Source: Myxococcota bacterium
GTDB taxonomy: Bacteria > Myxococcota_A > UBA796 > UBA2385
Reading direction: 5' to 3'
NCBI GenBank assembly: GCA_044344255.1
Contig: JBIJDH010000003.1
Coordinates: 96,001-160,000, forward strand
DNA: 64,000 nucleotides
Shown piece after piece: positions 1 through 8,783 of this stretch. The notes beneath the pieces are model-generated. The model was given only the letters and a program-made list of their open reading frames with translations. It was not told the origin of the DNA and ran no database searches. The position numbers and the translations under genes are program-made. The stretch's first letter is position 1. Each line of letters opens with the position of its first letter.

Positions 1-198
1 ATCGACAGCGGCGAACCGGACAGCGGCGAACCGGACAGCGGTGCCGGGAGCTCCGACCCCGACGGTGACGACGGGGAATCCAACGGGGGTGGAGGGAAGG
101 GCTGTGGCTGCTCGGCCCATGGGGGCGCCAGGGCAGGCTGGCTGGGGCTCCTGCTCGGCGTCGCCGCCCTCGGTGCCCGTCGCCGTCGGGTGGCCTGA
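1..198 (+). CDS. 3' end of a surface protein with a MYXO-CTERM-type sorting tail (partial)
   Basis: Frame 1 reads IDSGEPDSGEPDSG...GKGCGCSAHGGARAGWLGLLLGVAALGARRRRVA*: low-complexity linker, GCGC motif, hydrophobic helix, basic tail, TGA at 196-198. Not in the ORF track. Confidence 0.85.
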   Translation: MDSGEPDSGEPDSGAGSSDPDGDDGESNGGGGKGCGCSAHGGARAGWLGLLLGVAALGARRRRVA

Positions 199-217
199 GC
201 TCGGCGCGCGCGGGGCC

Positions 218-533
218 TCACCCCCCACAGGCCGACAAGCAGGCGCCCCTGCCGCTCCATGCGCGCCCAGTCTTCGTCCGAGCAGGCCAGCGGAGCCAGG
301 CGATGTCCGGTGTCCATCCAGACCTCGGCGCCCTCCTCGTAGACCTCACCGCGCTCGCGCGGCGCGAGGCCTCGGATCACGACCAGCACGTCGACATCGG
401 AGTCGGCGCGAGCCTGCCCGCGGGCTTAGGAGCCGAACAAGGTCATGTGCAACAAGCGGTCTCCGAAGCGCTGCTCCAACCGCCGGCGGAGCGCGGAGAG
501 TGCTCCTCGAATGCCAACGGGGAGGTCGCTCAT
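218..533 (-). pseudogene. Minimal nucleotidyltransferase (MNT, polbeta superfamily) with an in-frame nonsense codon
   Basis: ATG at 533 gives MSDLPVGIRGALSALRRRLEQRFGDRLLHMTLFGS*ARGQARADSDVDVLVVIRGL...; TAA at 428-426 sits where Tyr of LFGSYARG is expected. The DxD motif is intact. The 3' end is approximate because no stop is found at the expected position. Confidence 0.8.
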
Positions 534-595
534 GGCCTTCCGCTAACGCGGCCTGCCCGCGCGCGGGACCCTCCCTGGGCGCCTGCCCGACCCGC

Positions 596-1561
596 TCAGC
601 GGCCCTGGACGGTCCAGAGGTCTCCCTTCTCCTGTCCCTTCAACGAGATTCGACTGAGCAGGTCGGCGCCCATCATTCCCTGGAGGCCGTCCGGCAGCTC
701 GTCCACGAGCATCACGTCCACACCCGCGATGATGAAGCTCCCGATTCCGAATTGGTCGACCCGCGCGAGCTGTCCGGCGATGGTGCCCTGAAAGTTCTTG
801 AACAACCAGGGGTCTGCGGGCAAGGGAGTCAAAGCCGGGACGGCGTCCTTTCGAATGACCGTGATCCCGCTCCCGGTGTCGGCGCCGAGCTGGAGGGAGG
901 TGCCGTTGACCGAGACGGGGAAGGTCCACCAGCTTTGGAGCGGGGTCTGCTTCACCTCTGTCTGGCCCGTGACCATCCAGTCCTTGCAGTGGGTCTCCGG
1001 TTGAATGCGGCTCGTGGCCAGATTGGCCTCTCCCCGAAGGTCTCGGCGGGCGGCGTTGACCCCCATCCAGGTGACCCAGGCCTCGCAGGGGAGGCCGGCC
1101 TGCTCCTGCGCGAGCGCCAGCTCTTTCAGCTGCTCGTCGGTCGTGTGTTTGGGGTCGAGCAGCATGGCGCGGCGGAGGTCGCTCACCACCCCCGGCCGGT
1201 CGCCCGCCTGCTCCCGGATGTTCGCCCGGCTGCGGTAGGTCCTGGGCTCGGAGGGCTCGGCCGCCACACGACGATCGGCCACCTCGAGCGACCAGGCGAA
1301 GTCTCTCCGCTTGATGCCGAGGCTCACTTGCAGGTCCTCAAAGGCCACCCCTGGCTTGCAGGCGCTGGTGAAGGACTTCATGGCGCTGACCGCCTCCTCC
1401 CCCGCGCCGGCCTTGTCGAGGTAGTCCGCGAGGTTGACCATCGCCGCTTCGTTGCAGGGCTCGGAGGCGAGGGTGGCGCGGGCCGTGCGGATGGGCGTCT
1501 TGAAGGGGCCGTAGTCGGGGCCGGACTCACACGCGAGGAGCAAGACGAGGGAGGGGATCAC
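596..1561 (-). CDS. Lipoprotein with TPR-like region and C-terminal retropepsin-like aspartyl protease domain
   Basis: Lipobox LLAC; ADTGSGITVI (DTG motif) and GMMGADLL are clan AA signatures; helical TPR-like N-terminal half. Confidence 0.8.
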   Translation of the reverse strand: MIPSLVLLLACESGPDYGPFKTPIRTARATLASEPCNEAAMVNLADYLDKAGAGEEAVSAMKSFTSACKPGVAFEDLQVSLGIKRRDFAWSLEVADRRVAAEPSEPRTYRSRANIREQAGDRPGVVSDLRRAMLLDPKHTTDEQLKELALAQEQAGLPCEAWVTWMGVNAARRDLRGEANLATSRIQPETHCKDWMVTGQTEVKQTPLQSWWTFPVSVNGTSLQLGADTGSGITVIRKDAVPALTPLPADPWLFKNFQGTIAGQLARVDQFGIGSFIIAGVDVMLVDELPDGLQGMMGADLLSRISLKGQEKGDLWTVQGR

Positions 1562-1667
1562 GGGGGCTCCAAGGGAGGGTCGCCCTTCTAACCCGCTTTA
1601 CAAGTACAACAATGGCGAGTGCGTCACGCCGCTGCCGGGGCGGTCCGGGACCACCCAGGGCACAGTC

Positions 1668-1710
1668 AGCCCTCGGCGGAGGGATGTGTGAGCCCTCGGC
1701 GGAGGGATGT
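1668..1710. repeat. Two 20-bp direct repeats, each containing a small hairpin (REP-like)
   Basis: AGCCCTCGGCGGAGGGATGT at 1668-1687 and 1691-1710; internal CCCTC-GGCG-GAGGG stem-loop. Confidence 0.8.
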
Positions 1711-1729
1711 CCGTCCGCCGCGGGCGCGG

Positions 1730-3196
1730 TCAGTCCGCCGCGGGCATCCGCCCCGGGCCGAGGGTGGAGACGGGCGCCTTCGGGTGCACCTGGAAGCGGG
1801 TGTCCCGCTCGCGATAGATCACATTGTAGGCGCAGGATGGAATATTTTTACCGTCGGGCTCCCGGATCGAGACCGGACAGAGCTGGATGCGGTCGGTGTC
1901 GAAGCTCTCTTCGTCCATGTGGGCGTGGACATAGAGGGCGCGGGTGCGGCGCTCCGCCTCCCGCAAACGCTGCTCCGGGCTTCGGTTGGGATCGAAGGCG
2001 GCCTCGGCGAGCCCGCGCAGGGCGGTGAGCACGGCCACCTCGTCTTCACAGGGGAATTCCCCGGTCCACAGATCGTTGATCACGTCCTCCAGCACGCGCT
2101 CCATGCCGGGCCCGGGCTCGAGGTAGAGGGAGGTGCCGAGCATCTCTCGGAGGCGCTCGCGGGTCATGAAGCGGGGGAAGGGGAGCCAGCGCCCGTCCCC
2201 GAGGCGCAGCAGATAGGTGACCTGATAGCAGAGCGGATGGGCGGCGGGGGAGGGCACGAAGTCGGAGACGGCCACCGCGCCGGCCGTCTGTGCTTCGATG
2301 TCGCGGAGCACGGCGTCAGGGGTGTAACGGGCCCGGCGGTCAAAGGCGGCCCCGCTCTGGCCGGTGAAGGTCATCGGGTGCAGCTCGACCGAGCGGATGT
2401 GGTCGCGCGAGAGGGCGAGCGTGATGAAACGTCCGAGCTCGTGGTCGTTGACGCCCCGACAGAGCACGGGGAGCAGGGTGGTGTCGATGCCGTGCTCCTC
2501 GAGGAGGTCGAGGACGCGGAGCTTCCCCGCGGTGAAGGTGCCGCCGAGCAGGGCCTTGTTGGCGGTGTCCTCGAAGGAGTCAAAGGAGAGGATGACACGC
2601 GCGCCCACGGCCGCGAGGCGGGGGAGCAGCTCGGGCTCGCGGAGGAAGCGGAGCCCGTGGGTGGAGATCGTGATGCGGTGGATGCCCTCCCGGGCGCAGC
2701 GCTCGACGATGCGCAGGAAGTCGGGGTGGGAGGTGGGCTCGCCGCCGGTGAGGTTGATGATGCGCCGGTCGGGGGCGGCGCGGCGCAGGTGCCCGAGCAG
2801 GCTGTCGAGCTCGGCCTCGGAGAGGTGCCAGGCGCCATCGTTGCGGTTGTGGGTGTAGCAGATCGGACAGTCGAGGTTGCAGGCCGAGGTGATGGGCACG
2901 ATCGGGAGGAAGAGCCGCTGATGGTGCTGGCTGCAGGGCCCACAGTCGTACGGGCAGCCCTGGCTCGGCGGGTTCGCGTGGGCGGGCGGGGTGGCGCGGG
3001 CGGCCATCGCGAGGGTCGCGTGGTACCAGGCGGCGTCCTCGGCCACCACCGCGCCGCTCTCCCCATGGTCGGGACAGGCCTTTCGGAGCTCAATCCGCCC
3101 CTCCACCTCCCAGAGCGCGGCGGGCAGGCTCCGTTTGCAGGTGGGGCAGAGGCCGGTGGTCTGTCCGAGTCGCCGGGGGGGGGCCTGTTCAAGCAT
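1730..3196 (-). CDS. Radical SAM protein, Tes/GDGT-MAS (MJ0619)-like, paralog A
   Basis: N-terminal CPTC...CPDHG, GCPYDCGPCxxH, CNLDCPIC, LTGGEPT, HPLC, C-terminal CPVS...DGKNIPSCAYN. Confidence 0.85.
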   Translation of the reverse strand: MLEQAPPRRLGQTTGLCPTCKRSLPAALWEVEGRIELRKACPDHGESGAVVAEDAAWYHATLAMAARATPPAHANPPSQGCPYDCGPCSQHHQRLFLPIVPITSACNLDCPICYTHNRNDGAWHLSEAELDSLLGHLRRAAPDRRIINLTGGEPTSHPDFLRIVERCAREGIHRITISTHGLRFLREPELLPRLAAVGARVILSFDSFEDTANKALLGGTFTAGKLRVLDLLEEHGIDTTLLPVLCRGVNDHELGRFITLALSRDHIRSVELHPMTFTGQSGAAFDRRARYTPDAVLRDIEAQTAGAVAVSDFVPSPAAHPLCYQVTYLLRLGDGRWLPFPRFMTRERLREMLGTSLYLEPGPGMERVLEDVINDLWTGEFPCEDEVAVLTALRGLAEAAFDPNRSPEQRLREAERRTRALYVHAHMDEESFDTDRIQLCPVSIREPDGKNIPSCAYNVIYRERDTRFQVHPKAPVSTLGPGRMPAAD

Positions 3197-3773
3197 GGGT
3201 CGCCTGTCGCGGGGGCCCGTCCGGGCGGCCCCAGGCGCGGCTGCAGAGCCAGTCGCCCGCGGAGATCACCGCCGCGCAGAGGCCGAGGTTGAAGAGCACC
3301 GAGGCCCAGAGGGGCGTGCCCGCCGGCCAGACCGGATAGGGCCGAAAGGCGGTGTTCACGTTGAGCTCGGGGCGGGTGAGCAGGCGGGCGAGCGCCATCG
3401 CGCCGGCGGTGAGGGCGATAGAGGCGGGCACGAGGCCGCGCGGCACGCCGAAGCGCCGGGCATAGGTGAGGCCGATGGCCGCGGTCCCGAGGTGCAGCGC
3501 CGTCGAGCTCGGCGTGGTGGTGCCCGTGGTCACGACGTCGAGGATCCAAGAGGGGAAGCCGATGAGGCTGTTGTAGAGGCCGCCCACCACGACGAGCTGG
3601 GGAGAGACCGTGAGGAGCCCGAGGAGCTGCACCATCGCGGCGATGTGGCAGAAGTAGAGCATCTCGTCCAAGATCCCGAGCTCGACCTTCACCGCCGTGT
3701 GCCAGAGGAGGGCCATGGCCACGAGGCCTGCGAGCAGGCGCGCGCGGAGGGGGCTGGGTGTGGCGCGGGTCAG
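3189..3773 (-). CDS. Integral membrane protein, possibly YwaF/TMEM164-like
   Basis: About 6 hydrophobic segments, YFCH motif and a later LH. Start is either CTG 3773 (overlapping the upstream stop) or ATG 3716; the GC-rich ORF extension to 4238 is not credible. Confidence 0.6.
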   Translation of the reverse strand: MTRATPSPLRARLLAGLVAMALLWHTAVKVELGILDEMLYFCHIAAMVQLLGLLTVSPQLVVVGGLYNSLIGFPSWILDVVTTGTTTPSSTALHLGTAAIGLTYARRFGVPRGLVPASIALTAGAMALARLLTRPELNVNTAFRPYPVWPAGTPLWASVLFNLGLCAAVISAGDWLCSRAWGRPDGPPRQATHA

Positions 3774-4486
3774 AGGCCACCGGTCAGGTGGAGGGTGGCG
3801 CCGGTCATCCAGCCCGGCGACAGGGCGAGGCGGGACAGGGCGGGCACCACCTCGTCGAGGCGGCCGCGGCGGCCCAAGGCGCTGTGGGACAGATAGGCGG
3901 AGACGAGCCCGGGGTCGGCCGCCTCCGAGGCGCCCACCCCGAGATCGGCGATCAGCGCGTGGTTGCAGCAGATCCCGCGCCGGCCCCACTCCTTGGCCAC
4001 CGCCCGCACGAGGCCGGCCTGCGCGGCGTGGGCGGCGGCCATCGCCACCGGCACCCGCAGGGACTGAACGGCGGCGAGGCTGCCGACCATCACGACGCTC
4101 CCGCCGCCCGCCGCCGCCATTCGGGGGAGCAGGGCCCGCAGGAGCTGAAAGGGGGCGCGGGCGGAGAGGGCCATCGTCGCCTCCCAGTCGGCGTCGGTCG
4201 TCTCTTCGATGCCGCCGCGCGGCGCCTGTCCGGCGCACCAGACGATCGCGCGGGGCGCCTCGGCGTTGCGCTCGGCGAGGCGCACCACTTCGGCCCCCTG
4301 TCGAAGGTCGACCGCGAGGGCCTCCCAGCCCGTCTCTTCACGCAGCCGCCGCGCGGCCTCGGCCCCCTGAAAGTAGGTGAACCGTCCGGGCTGCCCCGCG
4401 GCCTGGAGCGCGCGCACCAGCGCCCCGCCGATCGTGCCGCTGCCGCCCACGACGAGGAGCGCTCCGCCCGGCGGTCTCTCGGTCAC
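3770..4486 (-). CDS. FabG-like SDR lacking the catalytic YxxxK
   Basis: GTG 4486 overlaps the upstream TGA; VGGSGTIG Rossmann motif; VPVAMAAAH where the paralogs read P(V/I)HYAxxK; C-terminal MTGATLHLTGG. Confidence 0.8.
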   Translation of the reverse strand: MTERPPGGALLVVGGSGTIGGALVRALQAAGQPGRFTYFQGAEAARRLREETGWEALAVDLRQGAEVVRLAERNAEAPRAIVWCAGQAPRGGIEETTDADWEATMALSARAPFQLLRALLPRMAAAGGGSVVMVGSLAAVQSLRVPVAMAAAHAAQAGLVRAVAKEWGRRGICCNHALIADLGVGASEAADPGLVSAYLSHSALGRRGRLDEVVPALSRLALSPGWMTGATLHLTGGL

Positions 4487-5616
4487 CTCAAACCTCCGGC
4501 GGCGGTCGGCGGGAGCCCGAGGTCGGCCCGGAGCGCCGCGTCTTGTTGGGGGCGCCAGATGTACTGGTCGAGCAGGTAGTGGTGCAGCACGAGCCCCCAG
4601 TACAGGCTGATCGCGAGGCCCTCCGCGGCGGCGGAGCCGGGGCCCCAGCCGGGGATCGCCCCCCGATAGGCGTTGGTCAGCAGGTAGGGGAGGCCGAGGG
4701 CGACCGCGATCAGCCAGGCCCAGGCGGGGCGGGCGGCGAGGCGAGCGCCGGAGGAGCCCTGTCCGTCGGGGTGCCGCTGGCGGCTGCTCCAGCCCACGAG
4801 GCCGATGTACTGGAGGCCGTGCGGCATCCCGTTGGTGATGGCGAGCGCGACGAAGGCGGCCTCGAGCGTGCGAGCGGCGGGCACGACGGGCTCCATCATC
4901 CCGATCGCGGCGAAGCCGAGGGTGAAGAGCGACAGCACCGGAAAGAGCAGGAAGAGGGCGGGGAGCGTGGGCTCCCCTCGCCGGGCGCGCAGGGCGGTGC
5001 GGGCGCCATAGGCGGTGATCGAGAGGACGATGAGGCCGAGCAGCCCCCCGAGGAGCGGGCGCTCGAGGCCCGAGGGCTCCGCCGAGAGGCCGAATTCCTG
5101 TCGGTTCAAGGGGTGCGCGAGGGTGAACCAGGCGAAGAGGGCCCAAAGGATGCCATAGAGGGCCGCGCGGTCTATCCCCCGCTCCCGCGGCCCCAGGCCT
5201 GCCTTTCGGGCATAGAGCGACCAGATGCCATAGTTCTGTCGGACCGCGTGGTGGTAGCCCCAGAGCGCGGTCAGCAGCAGGAAGAGGTCCATCGGCGCCG
5301 ACTGGCCGGTCCACTGGGCCGCGGCCCAACAGAGGGGCCCCGGCAGCCAGATGAGCAGGCTCCAGCGGAGGAGGGGCCCGCGCCGCCGCCGCTCGAGGGG
5401 GTCGAGGTAGGTGCGGAGCAGCGTGGCATAGAAGTGCGGCCCATCGACGAGCAGCAGCCAGGCGCAGAGGAGGGGGAGCCCGAGGCCCGGCGCGGCGAGC
5501 ACGGACAGGCCGAGGCCGAGCGAGAGGAGGGCGCTCGCGAAGAACCACAGCAGATCGGCCCGCCGGCTGATGATCCAGCCGCTCGCCGCGGGCCCCTCGA
5601 TCGCCGGGGCCGACAC
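4483..5616 (-). CDS. Polytopic membrane protein with His motifs (putative metal-dependent lipid-modifying enzyme)
   Basis: Multiple TM segments; DGPHFYAT, WGYHHAVRQNYG, HGLQY, HHYLLDQYIW. Confidence 0.65.
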   Translation of the reverse strand: MSAPAIEGPAASGWIISRRADLLWFFASALLSLGLGLSVLAAPGLGLPLLCAWLLLVDGPHFYATLLRTYLDPLERRRRGPLLRWSLLIWLPGPLCWAAAQWTGQSAPMDLFLLLTALWGYHHAVRQNYGIWSLYARKAGLGPRERGIDRAALYGILWALFAWFTLAHPLNRQEFGLSAEPSGLERPLLGGLLGLIVLSITAYGARTALRARRGEPTLPALFLLFPVLSLFTLGFAAIGMMEPVVPAARTLEAAFVALAITNGMPHGLQYIGLVGWSSRQRHPDGQGSSGARLAARPAWAWLIAVALGLPYLLTNAYRGAIPGWGPGSAAAEGLAISLYWGLVLHHYLLDQYIWRPQQDAALRADLGLPPTAAGGLR

Positions 5617-5617
5617 C

Positions 5618-6376
5618 TCAGAGCCCCCCGTCGAGCACGAGGCGGGCGCCGGTCATCAGCGTGTTCTCGCCCGACACCGCCCAGGCGGCCCACTCCGCCA
5701 CCTCCTCGAGCCCACCTAGGCGCCCGAGCGCGCTCTGTTCGCGGTAGTCCTGCAGCCGGTGGGCGGGGAGGCGCTGGGCGAGGCCCTCCTCGAGCAGCCC
5801 GGGCACGAGCAGGTTCACTTGCACGCCGTAGCGCCCCACCTCCCGCGCCGTCGCCTCGGTGAAGCCGCGCAGCGCCGCCTTGCTGGCCGCGTAGTGGACA
5901 GGGGCCGGCACCATCCGCTCGCCGGCGAAGGAGCCTACGTTGAGGATGTGCCCGCGGCGGGCGCGGATCATGTGCCGCAGCGCCGCCCGCGAGAAGAGGA
6001 AGGCCCCCTTCACGTTGACCGCCATCATGCGGTCCCAGTCGGCCTCCTCGAGCAGGGCGAGCGGCAGGAGCTGGTTGATGCCGGCGGCGTTGACGAGCAC
6101 GTCGAGGCCGCCCCAGTCGGCCGCGAGCGCGCGGACGGTGGCCTCGGCGTGCGCGGCGTCCTCCACCGAGCCCTGGAAGCTCTGAGGGTCGGCGCCCGCG
6201 GCCGTGAGGAGGCGCGTGGTCTCCAAGGCGTCCTCGGCGCGGCGGCTCCAGGTGAAGGCGACCCGGGCCCCCCGGCGCGCGAGGGCGAGGCCGATCGCCC
6301 GGCCGAGGTTGCGCGAGCCGCCCGTGATGAGGCAGCGGAGGCGCGCCGGGGCGGGAGCGGGGGCCGGCTCGCTCAA
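5618..6376 (-). CDS. 3-oxoacyl-ACP reductase (FabG-like SDR)
   Basis: TGGSRNLG, VNAAG, YAASK, DGG C-terminus. Confidence 0.9.
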   Translation of the reverse strand: MSEPAPAPAPARLRCLITGGSRNLGRAIGLALARRGARVAFTWSRRAEDALETTRLLTAAGADPQSFQGSVEDAAHAEATVRALAADWGGLDVLVNAAGINQLLPLALLEEADWDRMMAVNVKGAFLFSRAALRHMIRARRGHILNVGSFAGERMVPAPVHYAASKAALRGFTEATAREVGRYGVQVNLLVPGLLEEGLAQRLPAHRLQDYREQSALGRLGGLEEVAEWAAWAVSGENTLMTGARLVLDGGL

Positions 6377-7113
6377 ACGGCGCCGTCCACGACGACGGTG
6401 GCGCCGTTCATGTAGCTGTTGCGGGAGGAGACGAGGAAGGCGACCACCTCGGCCACCTCCTGGTGGGTGCCGAGGCGCCCGAGCGCGCAGTGGCGGATGA
6501 ACTCGTCGCGGCGGGCGGGCGGGAGGTTGGCGCTGACGCCGTCTTCGAGCACGCCGGGCGCGATGCAGTTGACCTGGATGCCGTAGCGGCCCACCTCCTT
6601 GGCCAGGGCCTCGGTGAAGCCCCGGAGGGCCGCCTTCGCGGTGGCGTAGTGGATCGGGGCCTGCATCATCTTGACGCCGGCGAGGCTCGAGACGTTGAGG
6701 ACGTGGCCGCGCCGCTGGCGCACCATCCCGCGCAGCACCGACTGGGTGGTGAGGAAGGCGCCCTTGACGTGGGTGTCCATCATTCGATCCCAGTCCTCCT
6801 CCTCCATCAGCGCGAGGGGCACGACCTGCCCGTGCCCGGCGTTGTTGACGAGGATGTCGATAGGCTGGCCGCCGTCGGCCTCGACGGCCTTACAGAGCGC
6901 CCGGGTGCCCTCGCGGTCGGTCACGCTCACCGGGAAGGCCCAGCCGCCCGGGCCGGCCTGGAGCTCGGCCAGCACGGCCTCGGCCTCGGGGCGGGCCTTC
7001 AGGTAGGTGATGGCCACCCGCGCCCCCTCGCGCGAGAGCGTGGTGGCGATGGCCCGCCCGAGCCCGCGGGAGCCGCCCGTGACCAGGGCCACCCGACCGT
7101 CGAGGAGGCCCAT
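6373..7113 (-). CDS. 3-oxoacyl-ACP reductase (FabG-like SDR)
   Basis: ATG 7113 in a TGATG overlap; TGGSRGLG, VNNAG, NVSS, YATAK. Confidence 0.92.
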   Translation of the reverse strand: MGLLDGRVALVTGGSRGLGRAIATTLSREGARVAITYLKARPEAEAVLAELQAGPGGWAFPVSVTDREGTRALCKAVEADGGQPIDILVNNAGHGQVVPLALMEEEDWDRMMDTHVKGAFLTTQSVLRGMVRQRRGHVLNVSSLAGVKMMQAPIHYATAKAALRGFTEALAKEVGRYGIQVNCIAPGVLEDGVSANLPPARRDEFIRHCALGRLGTHQEVAEVVAFLVSSRNSYMNGATVVVDGAV

Positions 7114-8774
7114 CAGAGGGTCTGTCCGGGGGGCTTGGCGGCGCCGCGGTGGAACATGTTGAAGCCACAGGCGGGCATCACGCGGCCGTCCTCCTGGGGG
7201 TAGTGGTGGCAACACTTCCGCAGCCGCTCGAGGTCAAAGTCGTGGCGGTCCATGTAGTGGTGCAAGAAGATAGACTTGGCCTGTCGCTCGCCGATGCGCG
7301 CCGCCTCTTTGTGGTCGAGCACGCGGTCGGGGAACATCACGGCGAGGGTGCGCTTCATCGCGGCGAGGATGAGCGGGGCGTCCTCGATCTCGTCCTGTCG
7401 TGACCAGACGTCGTACAGCGTGTCCTGGAGCGAGTCTTCGACGTCCTTCGTCGCTGGCAGGACGGCGCTCGACCGCAGCAGGTTCAAGTGGCGGTCAAAG
7501 TTGACGAAGCGCGGGAAGGGCACCGATCGGCCATCGTCCAGCTTCAGCAGATAGGTGAGCGACACACACTGCGGGTGCGAGCAGGGCAGGGGGAAGAAGT
7601 CGGAGCGGCGCACGAGGCCGCCCGTCTGCTCCTCGGCGCGGCGCACGAGGCCGGGGATCGTGACGCGGTCCATCGGATCGTGCACGAAGCCCGCGCCGCC
7701 CAGGCCCGTGTAAGCGGCGGGCTGGAAATTGAGCGAGATGATGGCGTCCGTCTCGAGGAAGAGGCGCACGACGTCGCCCACCTCCTCGTCGTTGACCCCG
7801 CGCGCCACCACGCAGATGAGCTGGGTGGGGAGGTCAAGCTCGCGGATCATCGTGAGGGCGGCGGCCTTCTCGCGGGTGAGGTCGCGCCCACGGATGCGGG
7901 TGTGGGTCTCGGCGGAGGTGCCGTCGAGCTGGAGGCCGACATAGACCCCGCGCCGCTTGAGCTCCAGGGCGAAGGCGCGGTCGCGGCCGAGGCGCAGGCC
8001 GTTCGTGATCAGCACCACGCGCGCGATCTCGGGGCGGTCGGCGATGTCGAGCAGCTCGAGGATGCGGGGGTGGCTCGAGGGCTCCCCGCCGGAGAGGGCG
8101 ATAGAGTCGAGGTAGCCCTCCTTGCGCACGAGCCCGTCGATGATGCGGGTGAAGGCCTCATTCGAGATGTGGGTGCTGTACTGATTGTTGACGATGCAGA
8201 TCGGGCACTCGAGGTTGCAGTGGTCGGTGACCTCGATGATCGGCAGGCAGGTGTGCTGCTCGTGGTCGTCACAGACGCCGCAGTCGGTGGGGCAGCCCGC
8301 CTCCACCTTGGCCGAGAACTCGAAGGGGCGGGTGCCGGAGCGGGCATAGGCGTAGGCGTTGACGTAGTAGTCGGCGTCCTCGCTCACCATGGCCTCGGAG
8401 GGCCCGCAGGTGGGGCAGTCCTTCTGGAAGTAGACCTTGCCCTCCCGCATCACGACCACCGCCTCGGTCAGCGCGAGGCAGGTGGGGCAGGTGCTGGTGG
8501 TGCGTTTCCAGGGGTGGTCTCCCGTGGGCTCGGCGGCGGCGCCGCGCCCCCGCGCGAGCCAGGCCTGGAGCCAGGCCTTGGCGTCGGGGTCGATCTGACG
8601 CTCGCTCTGCCCGCAGGCGGCGCAGAAGACGAGGTGCCAGACGGCGTGGTCGCGGATGACGACCCGGGCCTCCTTCACGCTGGCGCAGCCTGGGCAGACA
8701 TCCATGGCGTGGGCGAGGAAGGTGTGCGGGCGGTCCTCACGAACGGCGGGGGTGACGCAGCTTCCACAGTCCAT
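7113..8774 (-). CDS. Radical SAM protein, Tes/GDGT-MAS (MJ0619)-like, paralog B with duplicated N-terminal Cys ribbon
   Basis: CPGC...CAACG then CPTC...CPTCG; GCPTDCGVCxxH; CNLECPIC; LSGGEP; HPQC; RKCCHHYPQEDGRVMPACGFN. Confidence 0.88.
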   Translation of the reverse strand: MDCGSCVTPAVREDRPHTFLAHAMDVCPGCASVKEARVVIRDHAVWHLVFCAACGQSERQIDPDAKAWLQAWLARGRGAAAEPTGDHPWKRTTSTCPTCLALTEAVVVMREGKVYFQKDCPTCGPSEAMVSEDADYYVNAYAYARSGTRPFEFSAKVEAGCPTDCGVCDDHEQHTCLPIIEVTDHCNLECPICIVNNQYSTHISNEAFTRIIDGLVRKEGYLDSIALSGGEPSSHPRILELLDIADRPEIARVVLITNGLRLGRDRAFALELKRRGVYVGLQLDGTSAETHTRIRGRDLTREKAAALTMIRELDLPTQLICVVARGVNDEEVGDVVRLFLETDAIISLNFQPAAYTGLGGAGFVHDPMDRVTIPGLVRRAEEQTGGLVRRSDFFPLPCSHPQCVSLTYLLKLDDGRSVPFPRFVNFDRHLNLLRSSAVLPATKDVEDSLQDTLYDVWSRQDEIEDAPLILAAMKRTLAVMFPDRVLDHKEAARIGERQAKSIFLHHYMDRHDFDLERLRKCCHHYPQEDGRVMPACGFNMFHRGAAKPPGQTL

Positions 8775-8783
8775 TCGCGGCTC

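Noticed and set aside
426..428. Programmed readthrough or recoding of the stop in the MNT gene
   Set aside because: The codon is TAA, not TGA/TAG, and TAA terminates other genes here (e.g. 47248); a nonsense mutation is simpler.
1668..1710. Possible mini-CRISPR
   Set aside because: Only two 20-bp units with a 3-bp spacer, and no cas genes.
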